Shown one piece after another: positions 39,366 to 47,381 of a DNA stretch of 64,000 nt. The notes below the pieces were generated by a model, which saw only the letters and a program-made list of their open reading frames with translations, did not search any database and had not been told where the DNA came from. Both the position numbers and the translations under genes were made by a program. How positions within the stretch are numbered: position 1 is the first letter of the stretch; each line of letters begins with the position of its first letter. This stretch comes from a virus. The stretch is from positions 13,376 to 77,375 of the IMG/VR virus record IMGVR_UViG_3300042453_002958. One strand, 5' to 3'.

Positions 39366-39626
39366 ATGACCAAGCGTGCCATCGTTCTCTCGTGTCTCGC
39401 GTGTCTCGTGGCCGGTTATTTGGCCGCTTCGGTCCCGGGCTTCGACCCGGTGAACCCGTTCAACCCCCGGCCCCAGCGGCCGTTTCTCCAGCTCATTTCG
39501 CGGCTGGCGAAGCTCGGGTTGTGGGTCACGGTTTTCGCCGAGCCAGCCCCGCGGCCGGTCGAGCAGCAATACGCCGCCGCACACTGTGACGACAGGACCA
39601 TGATCTGCCACGCGGAGGGATGGTGA
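39366..39626 (+). CDS. Secreted/membrane protein
   Basis: Signal-like N-terminus. Confidence 0.55.
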   Translation: MTKRAIVLSCLACLVAGYLAASVPGFDPVNPFNPRPQRPFLQLISRLAKLGLWVTVFAEPAPRPVEQQYAAAHCDDRTMICHAEGW

Positions 39627-39877
39627 TGCTTCAACTTGTCGTTTGGGTCGTTTTCGGATGGATCGCGGGCTCCGTCGCGGAGTGGTTGTGGCCACCTGCG
39701 AAGCCGCACGCCAAGTGGCAGACGATCGCCATTGGCGTGATCGGATCGGTGGCCGGTGGTTTGGCCGGTTCGCTCGTGAGCGGCGACCACTACCGGCCGG
39801 CCGGGATCGTGCTGTCGGTGCTGGGGGCGGTGGCGTGCATGTTCGTCTGGCGCAAACTCGATGAGGTGAAGCCGTGA
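39626..39877 (+). CDS. GlsB/YeaQ/YmgE (transglycosylase-associated) membrane protein
   Basis: VFGWIAG..A..L.P...TI.IG.IGS..GG...S..GA. Confidence 0.75.
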   Translation: MLQLVVWVVFGWIAGSVAEWLWPPAKPHAKWQTIAIGVIGSVAGGLAGSLVSGDHYRPAGIVLSVLGAVACMFVWRKLDEVKP

Positions 39878-40206
39878 GCATGGTGTGGCGGTGGGTTATT
39901 TCGATGCTCGTGTGGCTGTCGGCCGACCACGAGCGGATCGCCACCGAGCCGGCCCGGGCGGCTGCGGCCGTGGCGGTGGCCCGCGCGTCGATCATCGAGC
40001 AGATGGAGGCCCGGCCCCTGCCCCCGGCCCCGCCGGGGCCGACGGCGTGCAAGTGCTCGGCCACCTGCGTGCGTGGGTCGTGGCGGCCCGATGGCCGCAT
40101 CGAGGCCCGGTGCGATTGCACCTGCCCGCGGTGCGTGGCGGAGCGGGCGAAGCCCGGCACGGTTCGATCGGGGACGTGCCAGAGCGGTACGTGCCCGCCC
40201 CGGTGA
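39874..40206 (+). CDS. Membrane-anchored Cys-rich protein
   Basis: Hydrophobic N-terminus; CKC..C..G....DG....C.C.C. Confidence 0.55.
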   Translation: MSMVWRWVISMLVWLSADHERIATEPARAAAAVAVARASIIEQMEARPLPPAPPGPTACKCSATCVRGSWRPDGRIEARCDCTCPRCVAERAKPGTVRSGTCQSGTCPPR

Positions 40207-40216
40207 GGGCGACCAG

Positions 40217-40630
40217 GTGAACGACGCGATCGTCCAGCTGCAGGCACACGTACGCTACCGGCTGGGCACGCGGGTGACCTACGCCCATGCGTGGCGGGTC
40301 GATGCCCTGAGCCGGCTGGTGCTCCGGCATTGGCCGCACGCCCACCTGGAGGATGCCGTGGTGGCCGGTGGCCGCCACTCGATCGCGGTCACCCATGCCA
40401 TGACCTTGATGCGGTCGCAGGTCCGCGAGCAGTGGGAGGCCCGGCACGGGTCGGGGCCGCTATGGGATCTCGTGCTGGGTGGCACGGTCACGGCCACCGG
40501 CATGATCCTGCTCGATCTCTGGTGGCCGAGCCCGGGGTGGCGGTCAATCCTGGTGGCGATGTCGCGGTCACTGGCTGACGATCGCCAGCACGGCGTCGAT
40601 GGCGTCGTGGATCGCCCGGGCCAGTTGTGA
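40217..40630 (+). CDS. Hypothetical protein
   Basis: Last ORF of rightward operon. Confidence 0.5.
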   Translation: MNDAIVQLQAHVRYRLGTRVTYAHAWRVDALSRLVLRHWPHAHLEDAVVAGGRHSIAVTHAMTLMRSQVREQWEARHGSGPLWDLVLGGTVTATGMILLDLWWPSPGWRSILVAMSRSLADDRQHGVDGVVDRPGQL

Positions 40631-40701
40631 GTCTGTGCCAAGCTCTTGGCCGATCCGCACGAGCACGAGCGAGCGGACGATGGCGGACCATGTGGTGCGG
40701 G

Positions 40702-41100
40702 TCATGGCTGCCCGCCATTCTTCCGCTCGTTGTCGATCAGCTCCTGCAGGCTGTCGAGGAAAGAATCATCGCACCCGTCGATGGCAGTCTTGGCCATCCT
40801 CAGCAACTGTTCTTCGAGGATTTCGTTGTTTGCAAGTTCAAAGACGAGGTCTTCAGTTAGATCTGGCAGTGTCCATTTTGCTTCACGCTTCAGGTCGTCA
40901 ATGCAACGGGCGATGGCATCCACCACGCTCCTTGTGTCGTCTCGGAGCTGCCCATTCCGCTTCTCGTCGTTGGCGAACCATTCGGGCGCAGGATTCACCT
41001 GACGGGCAACTGATCTTTTCGTTGAGAAACAGTCGCGGTGCGACTGCTCGTCGGAGTCGGCCGGGTTCCATTCAATGCGGATAGAGAAAAACGGCTTCAT
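40702..41100 (-). CDS. Hypothetical acidic protein (low-GC moron)
   Basis: GGAGG RBS; atypical composition. Confidence 0.65.
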   Translation of the reverse strand: MKPFFSIRIEWNPADSDEQSHRDCFSTKRSVARQVNPAPEWFANDEKRNGQLRDDTRSVVDAIARCIDDLKREAKWTLPDLTEDLVFELANNEILEEQLLRMAKTAIDGCDDSFLDSLQELIDNERKNGGQP

Positions 41101-41588
41101 GAAAAAACCTCCTGTGCCAAGAGTTGAGCCGGAAACGATGCCACGTCAACGTCCGCCGGGCTGGTTGTCCATTCGTAGGTGACGCCGTCCGGGTGCCGGG
41201 ACGGCGGCAGCACGGACTGGGCGGCCCGCCCACCGAGCCGTATTTCGATGCTGTCAAACTTCACGACCGCCGACTCCGGCATCCAGGGTTCCCAGCGAAA
41301 AAGCCGGTGCTCCCCGCGGGCCGACCGCCAGGTCGGGGTGGGCAGGTCGAGCACGCCGAACGCGGCCAGCTGCTCCCGGCCGGCGGGGTCGTCGTATTCG
41401 ACGTCCACGACCCCGGACCCGGGGCCGAGCAGGAGCCCCACGTTGTCGCCGGCGGCGAGCCACCGGGCCACGTCGTCCGGGCTGGTTGTGCCACGGTGCT
41501 GCCAGCCGGTGCCGAGCGGGCGTTTCGCCCGGCGGGCGACGCGGACGAAACGGCAACCGGCGGCGGCGAGGGCGGAGATGGGGGTCAT
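41097..41588 (-). CDS. Stand-alone bifunctional primase/polymerase N-terminal domain
   Basis: KRP....W, NVGLL.G..SGVVDVEYD, G.HR.F, QSVLPPS.HP.G..YEW. Confidence 0.8.
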   Translation of the reverse strand: MTPISALAAAGCRFVRVARRAKRPLGTGWQHRGTTSPDDVARWLAAGDNVGLLLGPGSGVVDVEYDDPAGREQLAAFGVLDLPTPTWRSARGEHRLFRWEPWMPESAVVKFDSIEIRLGGRAAQSVLPPSRHPDGVTYEWTTSPADVDVASFPAQLLAQEVFS

Positions 41589-41818
41589 GCGGCACCCCCT
41601 TCGGCCCGAACGAAGTACGGGGCCATGCCATCGGCCATGATCTCGTCGCACGTCTCCCAAGCGTCCTTGAGTGTGGCGAAGCGCTTCACGCGGTCGGACT
41701 CCGGGGCGATCGGGGTGATCCGGCCGCCACATTTCAGCAGGCAGCAGATTTGCGACGTGATGATCGCGAGCACGTAGTAACCGGCGGTCGAGGTCTCGGT
41801 GTAGATCGGGGCGGTCAT
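41585..41818 (-). CDS. Hypothetical protein
   Basis: AGGAG RBS behind repeated promoter. Confidence 0.6.
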   Translation of the reverse strand: MTAPIYTETSTAGYYVLAIITSQICCLLKCGGRITPIAPESDRVKRFATLKDAWETCDEIMADGMAPYFVRAEGGAA

Positions 41819-41867
41819 GGTCTCGGTCTCCTGGTTGTGGCCGCGGGTTTCGTCCCGCGTCGGTCTA

Positions 41868-41896
41868 GTTATATTCGATCGGCAAATAGGTGTCAA
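41868..41896 (-). promoter_or_regulatory. sigma70 promoter with conserved operator
   Basis: TTGACA-CCTATTTGCCGATCGAA-TATAAC. Confidence 0.8.
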
Positions 41897-41926
41897 GTGG
41901 TGAGAAAAGTTTTTTTGGTTGTGGGG

Positions 41927-42160
41927 TCAGGCCCGGCCGTCGGCCTTGTGGATCCGGGGCCGCCCGCGGCCGACCGGGTCGCGAGTCCATTTCTCGCAAG
42001 CGGTGCGGAGGGCGAAGAAATAGCCGTCGATCTCGATACCGGCGATGCCCCCGGCCCCCGGCCCCTTCTTGACGAGCTCGCGGAGATAGTAGCGCGAGAC
42101 TCCGGCGAGCCGGGCTCCGGTCTGAATCGATACGTACGCTTTGGGGTCGATCTTTGCCAT
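41927..42160 (-). CDS. HTH_17-like DNA-binding protein
   Basis: MAKIDPKAYVSIQTGARLAGVSRYYLRELV; C-terminal GRPR. Confidence 0.75.
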   Translation of the reverse strand: MAKIDPKAYVSIQTGARLAGVSRYYLRELVKKGPGAGGIAGIEIDGYFFALRTACEKWTRDPVGRGRPRIHKADGRA

Positions 42161-42234
42161 GGGTGCATTATTGCCGGGCGGCTGCGGCGGTCAAGCCGGG
42201 TTGTCTGCTGGTTGTGCATGGGTTGTCCGTGCGG

Positions 42235-42474
42235 TCAGTCCGCGAACATGGGGACGCAACGGGCGACCGGCTGCCGGGCCGGGCCGACCGGAGCACCGGC
42301 GGCGTCCAGGTCGAGCAGGAAGCGGTCCGCGGCCCGGCGGGCATCGGTGCCGGGCTGGGCGTGGCGGTCCGCCTCGCGGGCATCGGCGAGCGCGAGGGCG
42401 TCAACCGCCCGGCGGATGCTGTCGGGCATCGCGGAGTAACGGGAGGCGAGTCGGGCGAAGGTGGCAGCGGTCAT
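42235..42474 (-). CDS. Hypothetical protein
   Basis: CCACAACCAGGAG leader. Confidence 0.55.
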   Translation of the reverse strand: MTAATFARLASRYSAMPDSIRRAVDALALADAREADRHAQPGTDARRAADRFLLDLDAAGAPVGPARQPVARCVPMFAD

Positions 42475-42516
42475 GGCGTCGGGCTCCTGGTTGTGGGTTG
42501 GTTGTGGTGGGGTCGG

Positions 42517-42795
42517 TCAGTTGGGCAGCCTGCAGTTGCGAGCGTGGCGGTCAATCGTCTCGCACCAGGTGCGGACGGCCGCCCGGGTGTCCGCCATCGT
42601 GGCCGGGCTCGTGCGGACGTCGAGCGTCCAGGTGTAGCCGTCGAAAGCGAAACAATCTGCGAGCCATCGGCGGCCGGAAAAGTCGCGGCGGATGTGCACG
42701 CGGCCGGTTAGCTGGCCGGCCGGGTTGTGCACGGCATATCCCGCCGTGGTCGCCGTGGCGGTCGTGCCGTGCGCGAACGTGATGAACGTGGCCAT
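42517..42795 (-). CDS. Hypothetical protein
   Basis: CCACAACCAGGAG leader. Confidence 0.6.
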   Translation of the reverse strand: MATFITFAHGTTATATTAGYAVHNPAGQLTGRVHIRRDFSGRRWLADCFAFDGYTWTLDVRTSPATMADTRAAVRTWCETIDRHARNCRLPN

Positions 42796-42899
42796 GGTTG
42801 TGCTCCTGGTTGTGGCGGTTGGTTGTCGGGTGGCGATGTGCCAGCCGGCCCGGTTCCCGCCGTCCTCCGTGGGGCGGCGGTGGCCGGGGCGGCCGGGCG

Positions 42900-43508
42900 T
42901 CACGGGTAGCCGCGGACCTCGTCGAGCACGGCCCCGGCTGCGGCTGTCTGCCGGCGGATCCGGGCGATGATGCCCGCGGACGTCTTGAGCTGCGGCACCT
43001 TGACGAACGGGTGAACGGGCTGCCGGTCGGCGAGTCGCAGCCCGGCGGACGGGCGACGGTAGACGTGGTAAGGCTCCCAGCGCTGGCCGGTGTGGGCGGC
43101 CCGCCACGACTGCGCCGCGGCGTCGATGGCGTACTCGATCGCGGACAGTTCCGCGACCGCGGCGGCGACCGCGTCTTGCCGGGCAGCTTCACGAGCGGCC
43201 CGGGCACGATCGGCGGCGGCGGCTTCCAGCCGATCGGCGTCGGCACGGATCGCGTCCACGGTGGCCGGTGTGATGCTGGCATAGGTGAACACGCACACGC
43301 TCCCGACGATCGCGGTGCGGCCGTCGTCGAGGTTGTGGAGCGTGAACAGGTAGCGCAGCCCGTGGTGGCCGCACGAGCAGCGGCCCACGGCCCGGGGTAG
43401 TTCGCAGCAGTCGCCCCGATACTCCCAGCGGGAGCCGTCGCCAAGGGCAGCGGCGAGCCGTTCGGCGTAGTGGCAGCGGTTACGGGCTTGGGTGGCGGTC
43501 GTGGTCAT
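42900..43508 (-). CDS. Zn-binding hypothetical protein
   Basis: CSCGH...VGSVC. Confidence 0.65.
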   Translation of the reverse strand: MTTTATQARNRCHYAERLAAALGDGSRWEYRGDCCELPRAVGRCSCGHHGLRYLFTLHNLDDGRTAIVGSVCVFTYASITPATVDAIRADADRLEAAAADRARAAREAARQDAVAAAVAELSAIEYAIDAAAQSWRAAHTGQRWEPYHVYRRPSAGLRLADRQPVHPFVKVPQLKTSAGIIARIRRQTAAAGAVLDEVRGYP

Positions 43509-43555
43509 GGTCTCGGGTCTCCGGTGGTTGTGGCCGTCGTGGCCGTGGTGGTGGT

Positions 43556-43584
43556 GTTATATCCAATCGGCAAATAGGATGCAA
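43556..43584 (-). promoter_or_regulatory. sigma70 promoter with conserved operator
   Basis: TTGCAT-CCTATTTGCCGATTGGA-TATAAC. Confidence 0.75.
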
Positions 43585-43602
43585 GGGGTCAAGAAAAGTT
43601 TT

Positions 43603-43917
43603 TCAGTCCAGGTGCTCCGCGAGCTCCCACGCGGCCCGGGCCGCGGCGGCGGCGATGTCGTCCACGCTCGGCCGCTGGCGCTTCCCGCCGCGGCGGCGGC
43701 GGTTCAACTCGTCGGCACAGTAGTTGATTTCGTCGGCGTAGTAGCCGTGGTTCGGCTGGTCCGGCCATGCTTCGAGCGTGGCGCGGCAATCGGCGATCAC
43801 GTAGAGCAGTTCGGCGTCCGATCGGCTGCGGCACAGTTTGGGGTAGGCCGCGTGGTCGATGTGCTTGGTGGCGGCGGGGTGGTCCATCCAGCCGGTCGCG
43901 TTGGTTGTGGTGCTCAT
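43603..43917 (-). CDS. Hypothetical protein
   Basis: GGAG RBS; Y.DE.....EL.RR motif. Confidence 0.6.
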   Translation of the reverse strand: MSTTTNATGWMDHPAATKHIDHAAYPKLCRSRSDAELLYVIADCRATLEAWPDQPNHGYYADEINYCADELNRRRRGGKRQRPSVDDIAAAAARAAWELAEHLD

Positions 43918-44023
43918 GGTCTCGTCTCTCCGTTGGGGTTGGTTGTGGGTTGTCGGGCGACGCGCCCGGCATCCCCCTGGCCGGCCGCGGCGGATGCCGG
44001 GGCCGGCGTGGGGGCGGCCGTGC

Positions 44024-45031
44024 TCAGCGCTTCGGCTTGCCGCCGTAGGCGGCGGTCGAAAACACTTCGGCCGACTCCGGCAGGTAGGCGGAGCTGCTGA
44101 CGGTCCAGCCGCCGTATCGGCTGTCTCCGAGATAGTTGCCGCCGCCCATGCTGTAGTTTTCGCGGTGCTCGATGGACTCCTCGCGGATGTGCCACTCCAG
44201 CGGCACGACCGGCCCGTGTGCCGTGTGCAGGGGCTGCAGCGGGTTCGCGGCCGCGTGGGCTTCGGCAGCGGCCCGCGTCGGCAGCGGCCCGGCGACCAGG
44301 TCGCGGTGCCAGCCGGACACGGTGCCAGCGTAGACCCGTTCGCCGCGGTCGTCGGTGTAGTCGGTGCTCGTGACCGGCTTGACGTACCAGCGGCCAAGGC
44401 CCGGCCCGTAGTCGGCCGTGGGCTTGAACGCGGCCGCGGCTTTCCGCAGCTGGGCGAACGACTCGCGCTTCCCGCGGCCGAAGCCGATCACGACCTCGCG
44501 GGCGGTGCGGTGGCCGAAGTAGTCGCTCTGGCTGTCCGACTCATCGACCCGAAACTTTGCAAAGATCACGCGGTCGGCGCCCGCGTCGCTCATCGCCGTG
44601 GCGAGCGCGTCGCGGCTCATCGTCCGCAGCTGCGGCACGTCGTCGTACGCCACCGCGTCCGCCTCCGCACGGGCCATGCGGCGCTCCTCGGCGTCGCGGT
44701 GGCGGCTGGCCATTTCTTCAAGGCCGCGGACCGTCTCGGCGACGTCGTCCGCGAGATACTGCCGGCCGTCGTTCGTGGCGCAGTTGTAGACCAGCGGCGG
44801 CCAGCCGTGATCGTCGGCACGCTCCGCGATGATTTCGAGCGCGGCGGACGCGATTTCGGTTTTCGTTATCGGCTCCACCGTGTCGCCGTACTGGTCCGCA
44901 AGCGCGGCCGCGTTCGCGGCGGCCACGACGGCGAGCAGGTCGGCCACGTCGGCCAACTGGCCAAGGCCAAGCCGCACGGCGGCGGCGGCGAAGGATGCGA
45001 GATTCGACACTTCAAGGTTCGCGACGCTCAT
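44024..45031 (-). CDS. Multi-domain hypothetical protein (mobile-element type)
   Basis: DESDSQSDYF...VVIGF...F.QLRKAA, EHRENYSMGGG.YLG. Confidence 0.65.
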   Translation of the reverse strand: MSVANLEVSNLASFAAAAVRLGLGQLADVADLLAVVAAANAAALADQYGDTVEPITKTEIASAALEIIAERADDHGWPPLVYNCATNDGRQYLADDVAETVRGLEEMASRHRDAEERRMARAEADAVAYDDVPQLRTMSRDALATAMSDAGADRVIFAKFRVDESDSQSDYFGHRTAREVVIGFGRGKRESFAQLRKAAAAFKPTADYGPGLGRWYVKPVTSTDYTDDRGERVYAGTVSGWHRDLVAGPLPTRAAAEAHAAANPLQPLHTAHGPVVPLEWHIREESIEHRENYSMGGGNYLGDSRYGGWTVSSSAYLPESAEVFSTAAYGGKPKR

Positions 45032-45093
45032 TTGAGATTCTCCGTTCTTGGTGTTGTGGGCCGGTTTTCCCGCCGGCCCGATCGGGTTGTGCA

Positions 45094-45122
45094 GTTATAG
45101 CCGATCGGCAAATAGAAGTCAA
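45094..45122 (-). promoter_or_regulatory. sigma70 promoter with conserved operator
   Basis: TTGACT-TCTATTTGCCGATCGGC-TATAAC. Confidence 0.8.
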
Positions 45123-45703
45123 AAGGGGGCAGGTGCAAGGGCCGCACGAGTACGGGGCCGGCCGGCCGTCGGATGCCGGGCAAACCACTGGCAATCGGCG
45201 AGCGAGACCCGCCAGTTTCGGCCGATCTTGTGGCCGCGGACCTTGCCGGCCTTCACGAGTTGCCGCAGCCATTGTTCGGTAACGTCCGCGATCGCGGCCC
45301 CTTCGACCAGGCCGACGAACGTCTCCGCGGCCCCGTTGTCCGCGGCCAGCTCCGCGAGCCGGGCGATCGTCTCGCCCATGACATCGTCGGCCGGTCGCAT
45401 TGTGGGGGCCGACTCCGCGAGCTCCGCGAAAAGGTCGTCCGCGGTCATGCCACGATCGGCGGCGGTAACGTCAAGGCCGCGGATGTAGGTTGCATCCCCA
45501 CCGGCAAGCGCGGCCCGGTTCCGGATCCGCCAGTGTCCGCCGTGCTCGTCTCCACAACTGGCGGAGAAGGCCCCGCGGCGAAACTCGCCGATCCGCTCCA
45601 GCTCTGCGGCTTCGATCGCCCTGGTCTCGCGGTATGCGGCCAGCACGTCCGCCCAATCGAGTCCGGCGGCGGCGGCGGCTTGCTTGTGGGCTTGCGTGTT
45701 CAT
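45119..45703 (-). CDS. Protein with C-terminal HTH_17 domain
   Basis: EGAAIADVTEQWLRQLVKAGKVRG.KIGRNWRV, GRPR. Confidence 0.7.
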   Translation of the reverse strand: MNTQAHKQAAAAAGLDWADVLAAYRETRAIEAAELERIGEFRRGAFSASCGDEHGGHWRIRNRAALAGGDATYIRGLDVTAADRGMTADDLFAELAESAPTMRPADDVMGETIARLAELAADNGAAETFVGLVEGAAIADVTEQWLRQLVKAGKVRGHKIGRNWRVSLADCQWFARHPTAGRPRTRAALAPAPF

Positions 45704-45728
45704 GGTCTCTTGCTCCCGTGTTGTGATG

Positions 45729-45756
45729 ATAATAGCCGATCGGCAAATAGAGTCAA
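45729..45756 (-). promoter_or_regulatory. sigma70 promoter with conserved operator
   Basis: TTGACT-CTATTTGCCGATCGGC-TATTAT. Confidence 0.7.
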
Positions 45757-45901
45757 GCCCCATCACAAAAAAAACAAGAAGCCCGGAAACCGCGGGCGAT
45801 CGTGCGGAGCATATTGCCGATCGGACACTTGGCAAACGCGAAACCGGACCCCGGCCGGTCGTGCTCGTGACGGTCCGCGGGCGGGCGGAGACCTGGTGCA
45901 G

Positions 45902-45995
45902 GTCGTCTCGTCGTCTCGTCGTCTCGTCGGTCGGTCGGTCGGTCGGTCGGTCGGTCGGTCGGTCGGTCGGTCGGTCGGTCGTCGTCGTCGTCGTC
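45902..45995. repeat. Compound microsatellite (GTCGTCTC)3-(TCGG)13-(TCG)5
   Basis: Read directly from sequence. Confidence 0.95.
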
Positions 45996-46017
45996 ACCAG
46001 CTCGCCGGGCCGGCCAT

Positions 46018-46137
46018 CGAAATACCAGCCGAGGCCGGCGGGCCGGCGATCGAAATACCCCACGCGAGGGGTGCCCCACCGAAATACCACCTAGGGGGGG
46101 TGTGTTGCGTTTTGCAACACCCCCACCTAGGTGGGGG
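46018..46137. repeat. CGAAATACC x3 and palindromes
   Basis: Copies at 46018, 46051, 46080; GTGTTGC/GCAACAC hairpin; perfect 18-bp palindrome CCCCCACCTAGGTGGGGG at 46120-46137. Confidence 0.85.
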
Positions 46138-46286
46138 GGTAACAGGGACGTTGCGCCCCCCACGGCGGGGGGGTCCTTCGCCCCGCGGCACGCGGGGTGC
46201 CCCGGCTGCGAACTACACCCAATCGATGACTGCCGCCCGAAAGGCCCCCAAGAGCCGCAGGACGCCCGCCGCTGATCGCGGCGTGC

Positions 46287-47273
46287 TCACGCCGCAGGAT
46301 CCTCTTTCCCCCGGAACTGGAGCACGTCCGGGGGTCCGCTCGACGCCCCCGGCGGCGTCGATGGGGGTGTCGGCTGATCGTCTAGGTCGAGCGGCGGCAG
46401 CCAACCCAAGCCACCGTAGTCCGTAGGGCATATGTCGGGATCGACATATCTCTGCTGGAGATTCGGATCCGTGTGATCGAGCAGCCGCGTGGCCGCCGAG
46501 CTGCCGCCAGCGAGGGCGGCAAAACTCGCGGCCGTCCGTCTCAGCCCGTGGAAGCCCCTGTACCGCACCCCGGCCGACTCGCACAAGACTTTCAGCGAGG
46601 CCCACTGCGACCTGGTCCGCCGATCCCACGGCCACACCAGGTCGTCGGGGCCGCGGCGGTGCTCGGCGAGCATCGCGGCCAGCTGCGGCGTGATCGACCG
46701 CTCGATGTCGCGAGTCGAGCCCTTTCTGGTCGCCCCGAGCAGCACGATCCGGCACCGCTCCAGGTCCACCTGTCCCCAGCGGAGCGCGGTGAGTGCCGAG
46801 AATCGTTCGCCGGAGCACACCGCGGCGTAGATGAGAGTCGGCCACCACCATCGGGCCGGAAGCCCGCCGACCTTGCCGATCCGCTTCTTGCCGTACCGGA
46901 TGAGCTTCTCCACGTCTTCGGCCGTGTAGGCCCGGCCGACAGGCAGCCGCGTCGGCACCTTGATCTTGGGCAGCTCCGGAAACTCCGCGGCCCACCGCTT
47001 GCGGGCGGCGTAGGTCCAGACCGCGGCGATCATGACGCGATCCTTTCGCACGCTCGCGGGACTGGGCCGCCGCCCGGCCCACGCGATCGTCTCGGCCCGC
47101 CACCGCAGGTAGCGGGCGACGACCAGGTCGTCGAAGTCGTCGGTCGTCGCCGGCCGACCCAGGAACCGCTCGAACCGATCCCACAGCATCCGGTACAGCC
47201 CGGCCGTGTGGGGCTTCAACTCCCGCAGCAGAGCGTACCGCTCCGCGACCTCCCGAACCGTCATGGCACCCAT
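46287..47273 (-). CDS. int: Tyrosine recombinase/integrase (phage Y)
   Basis: SGER, TRKG, FHGLRR, LDH, Y; homologous to 2817-3719. Confidence 0.9.
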   Translation of the reverse strand: MGAMTVREVAERYALLRELKPHTAGLYRMLWDRFERFLGRPATTDDFDDLVVARYLRWRAETIAWAGRRPSPASVRKDRVMIAAVWTYAARKRWAAEFPELPKIKVPTRLPVGRAYTAEDVEKLIRYGKKRIGKVGGLPARWWWPTLIYAAVCSGERFSALTALRWGQVDLERCRIVLLGATRKGSTRDIERSITPQLAAMLAEHRRGPDDLVWPWDRRTRSQWASLKVLCESAGVRYRGFHGLRRTAASFAALAGGSSAATRLLDHTDPNLQQRYVDPDICPTDYGGLGWLPPLDLDDQPTPPSTPPGASSGPPDVLQFRGKEDPAA

Positions 47274-47361
47274 CGTCGTCTCTCCCTCATGGTTGATCGG
47301 GGCAGACTACCACACCTGCACACCCGTACATCCATGACGGTGGGGGGTACGACCCCCAGGC

Positions 47362-47381
47362 TTCGACTCCCCTCGCCTCCA
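47362..47381 (+). other. attP core: 3' end of tRNA-Ala or tmRNA
   Basis: TTCGACT-CCCCT-CGCCTCC-A = T-loop, T-stem, acceptor strand with U70, A73. Confidence 0.65.

Noticed and set aside
45902-45995. CRISPR array (also the 11-bp repeats at 9644-9887)
   Set aside because: Tandem repeats without unique spacers; no cas genes.
45704-46090. N-terminal extension of ORF 45119-46090 (TDRP repeats)
   Set aside because: Translation of the microsatellite; promoter and RBS point to a start at 45703.
46120-46137. Protelomerase tel site
   Set aside because: The palindrome is only 18 bp and the adjacent enzyme is an ordinary short tyrosine recombinase.
46287-47273. Phage tyrosine recombinases (also 2817-3719) as the integron integrase
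   Set aside because: The segment between the catalytic Lys and HxxR is short, without the IntI-specific insertion, and each sits next to a tRNA-like attP core.
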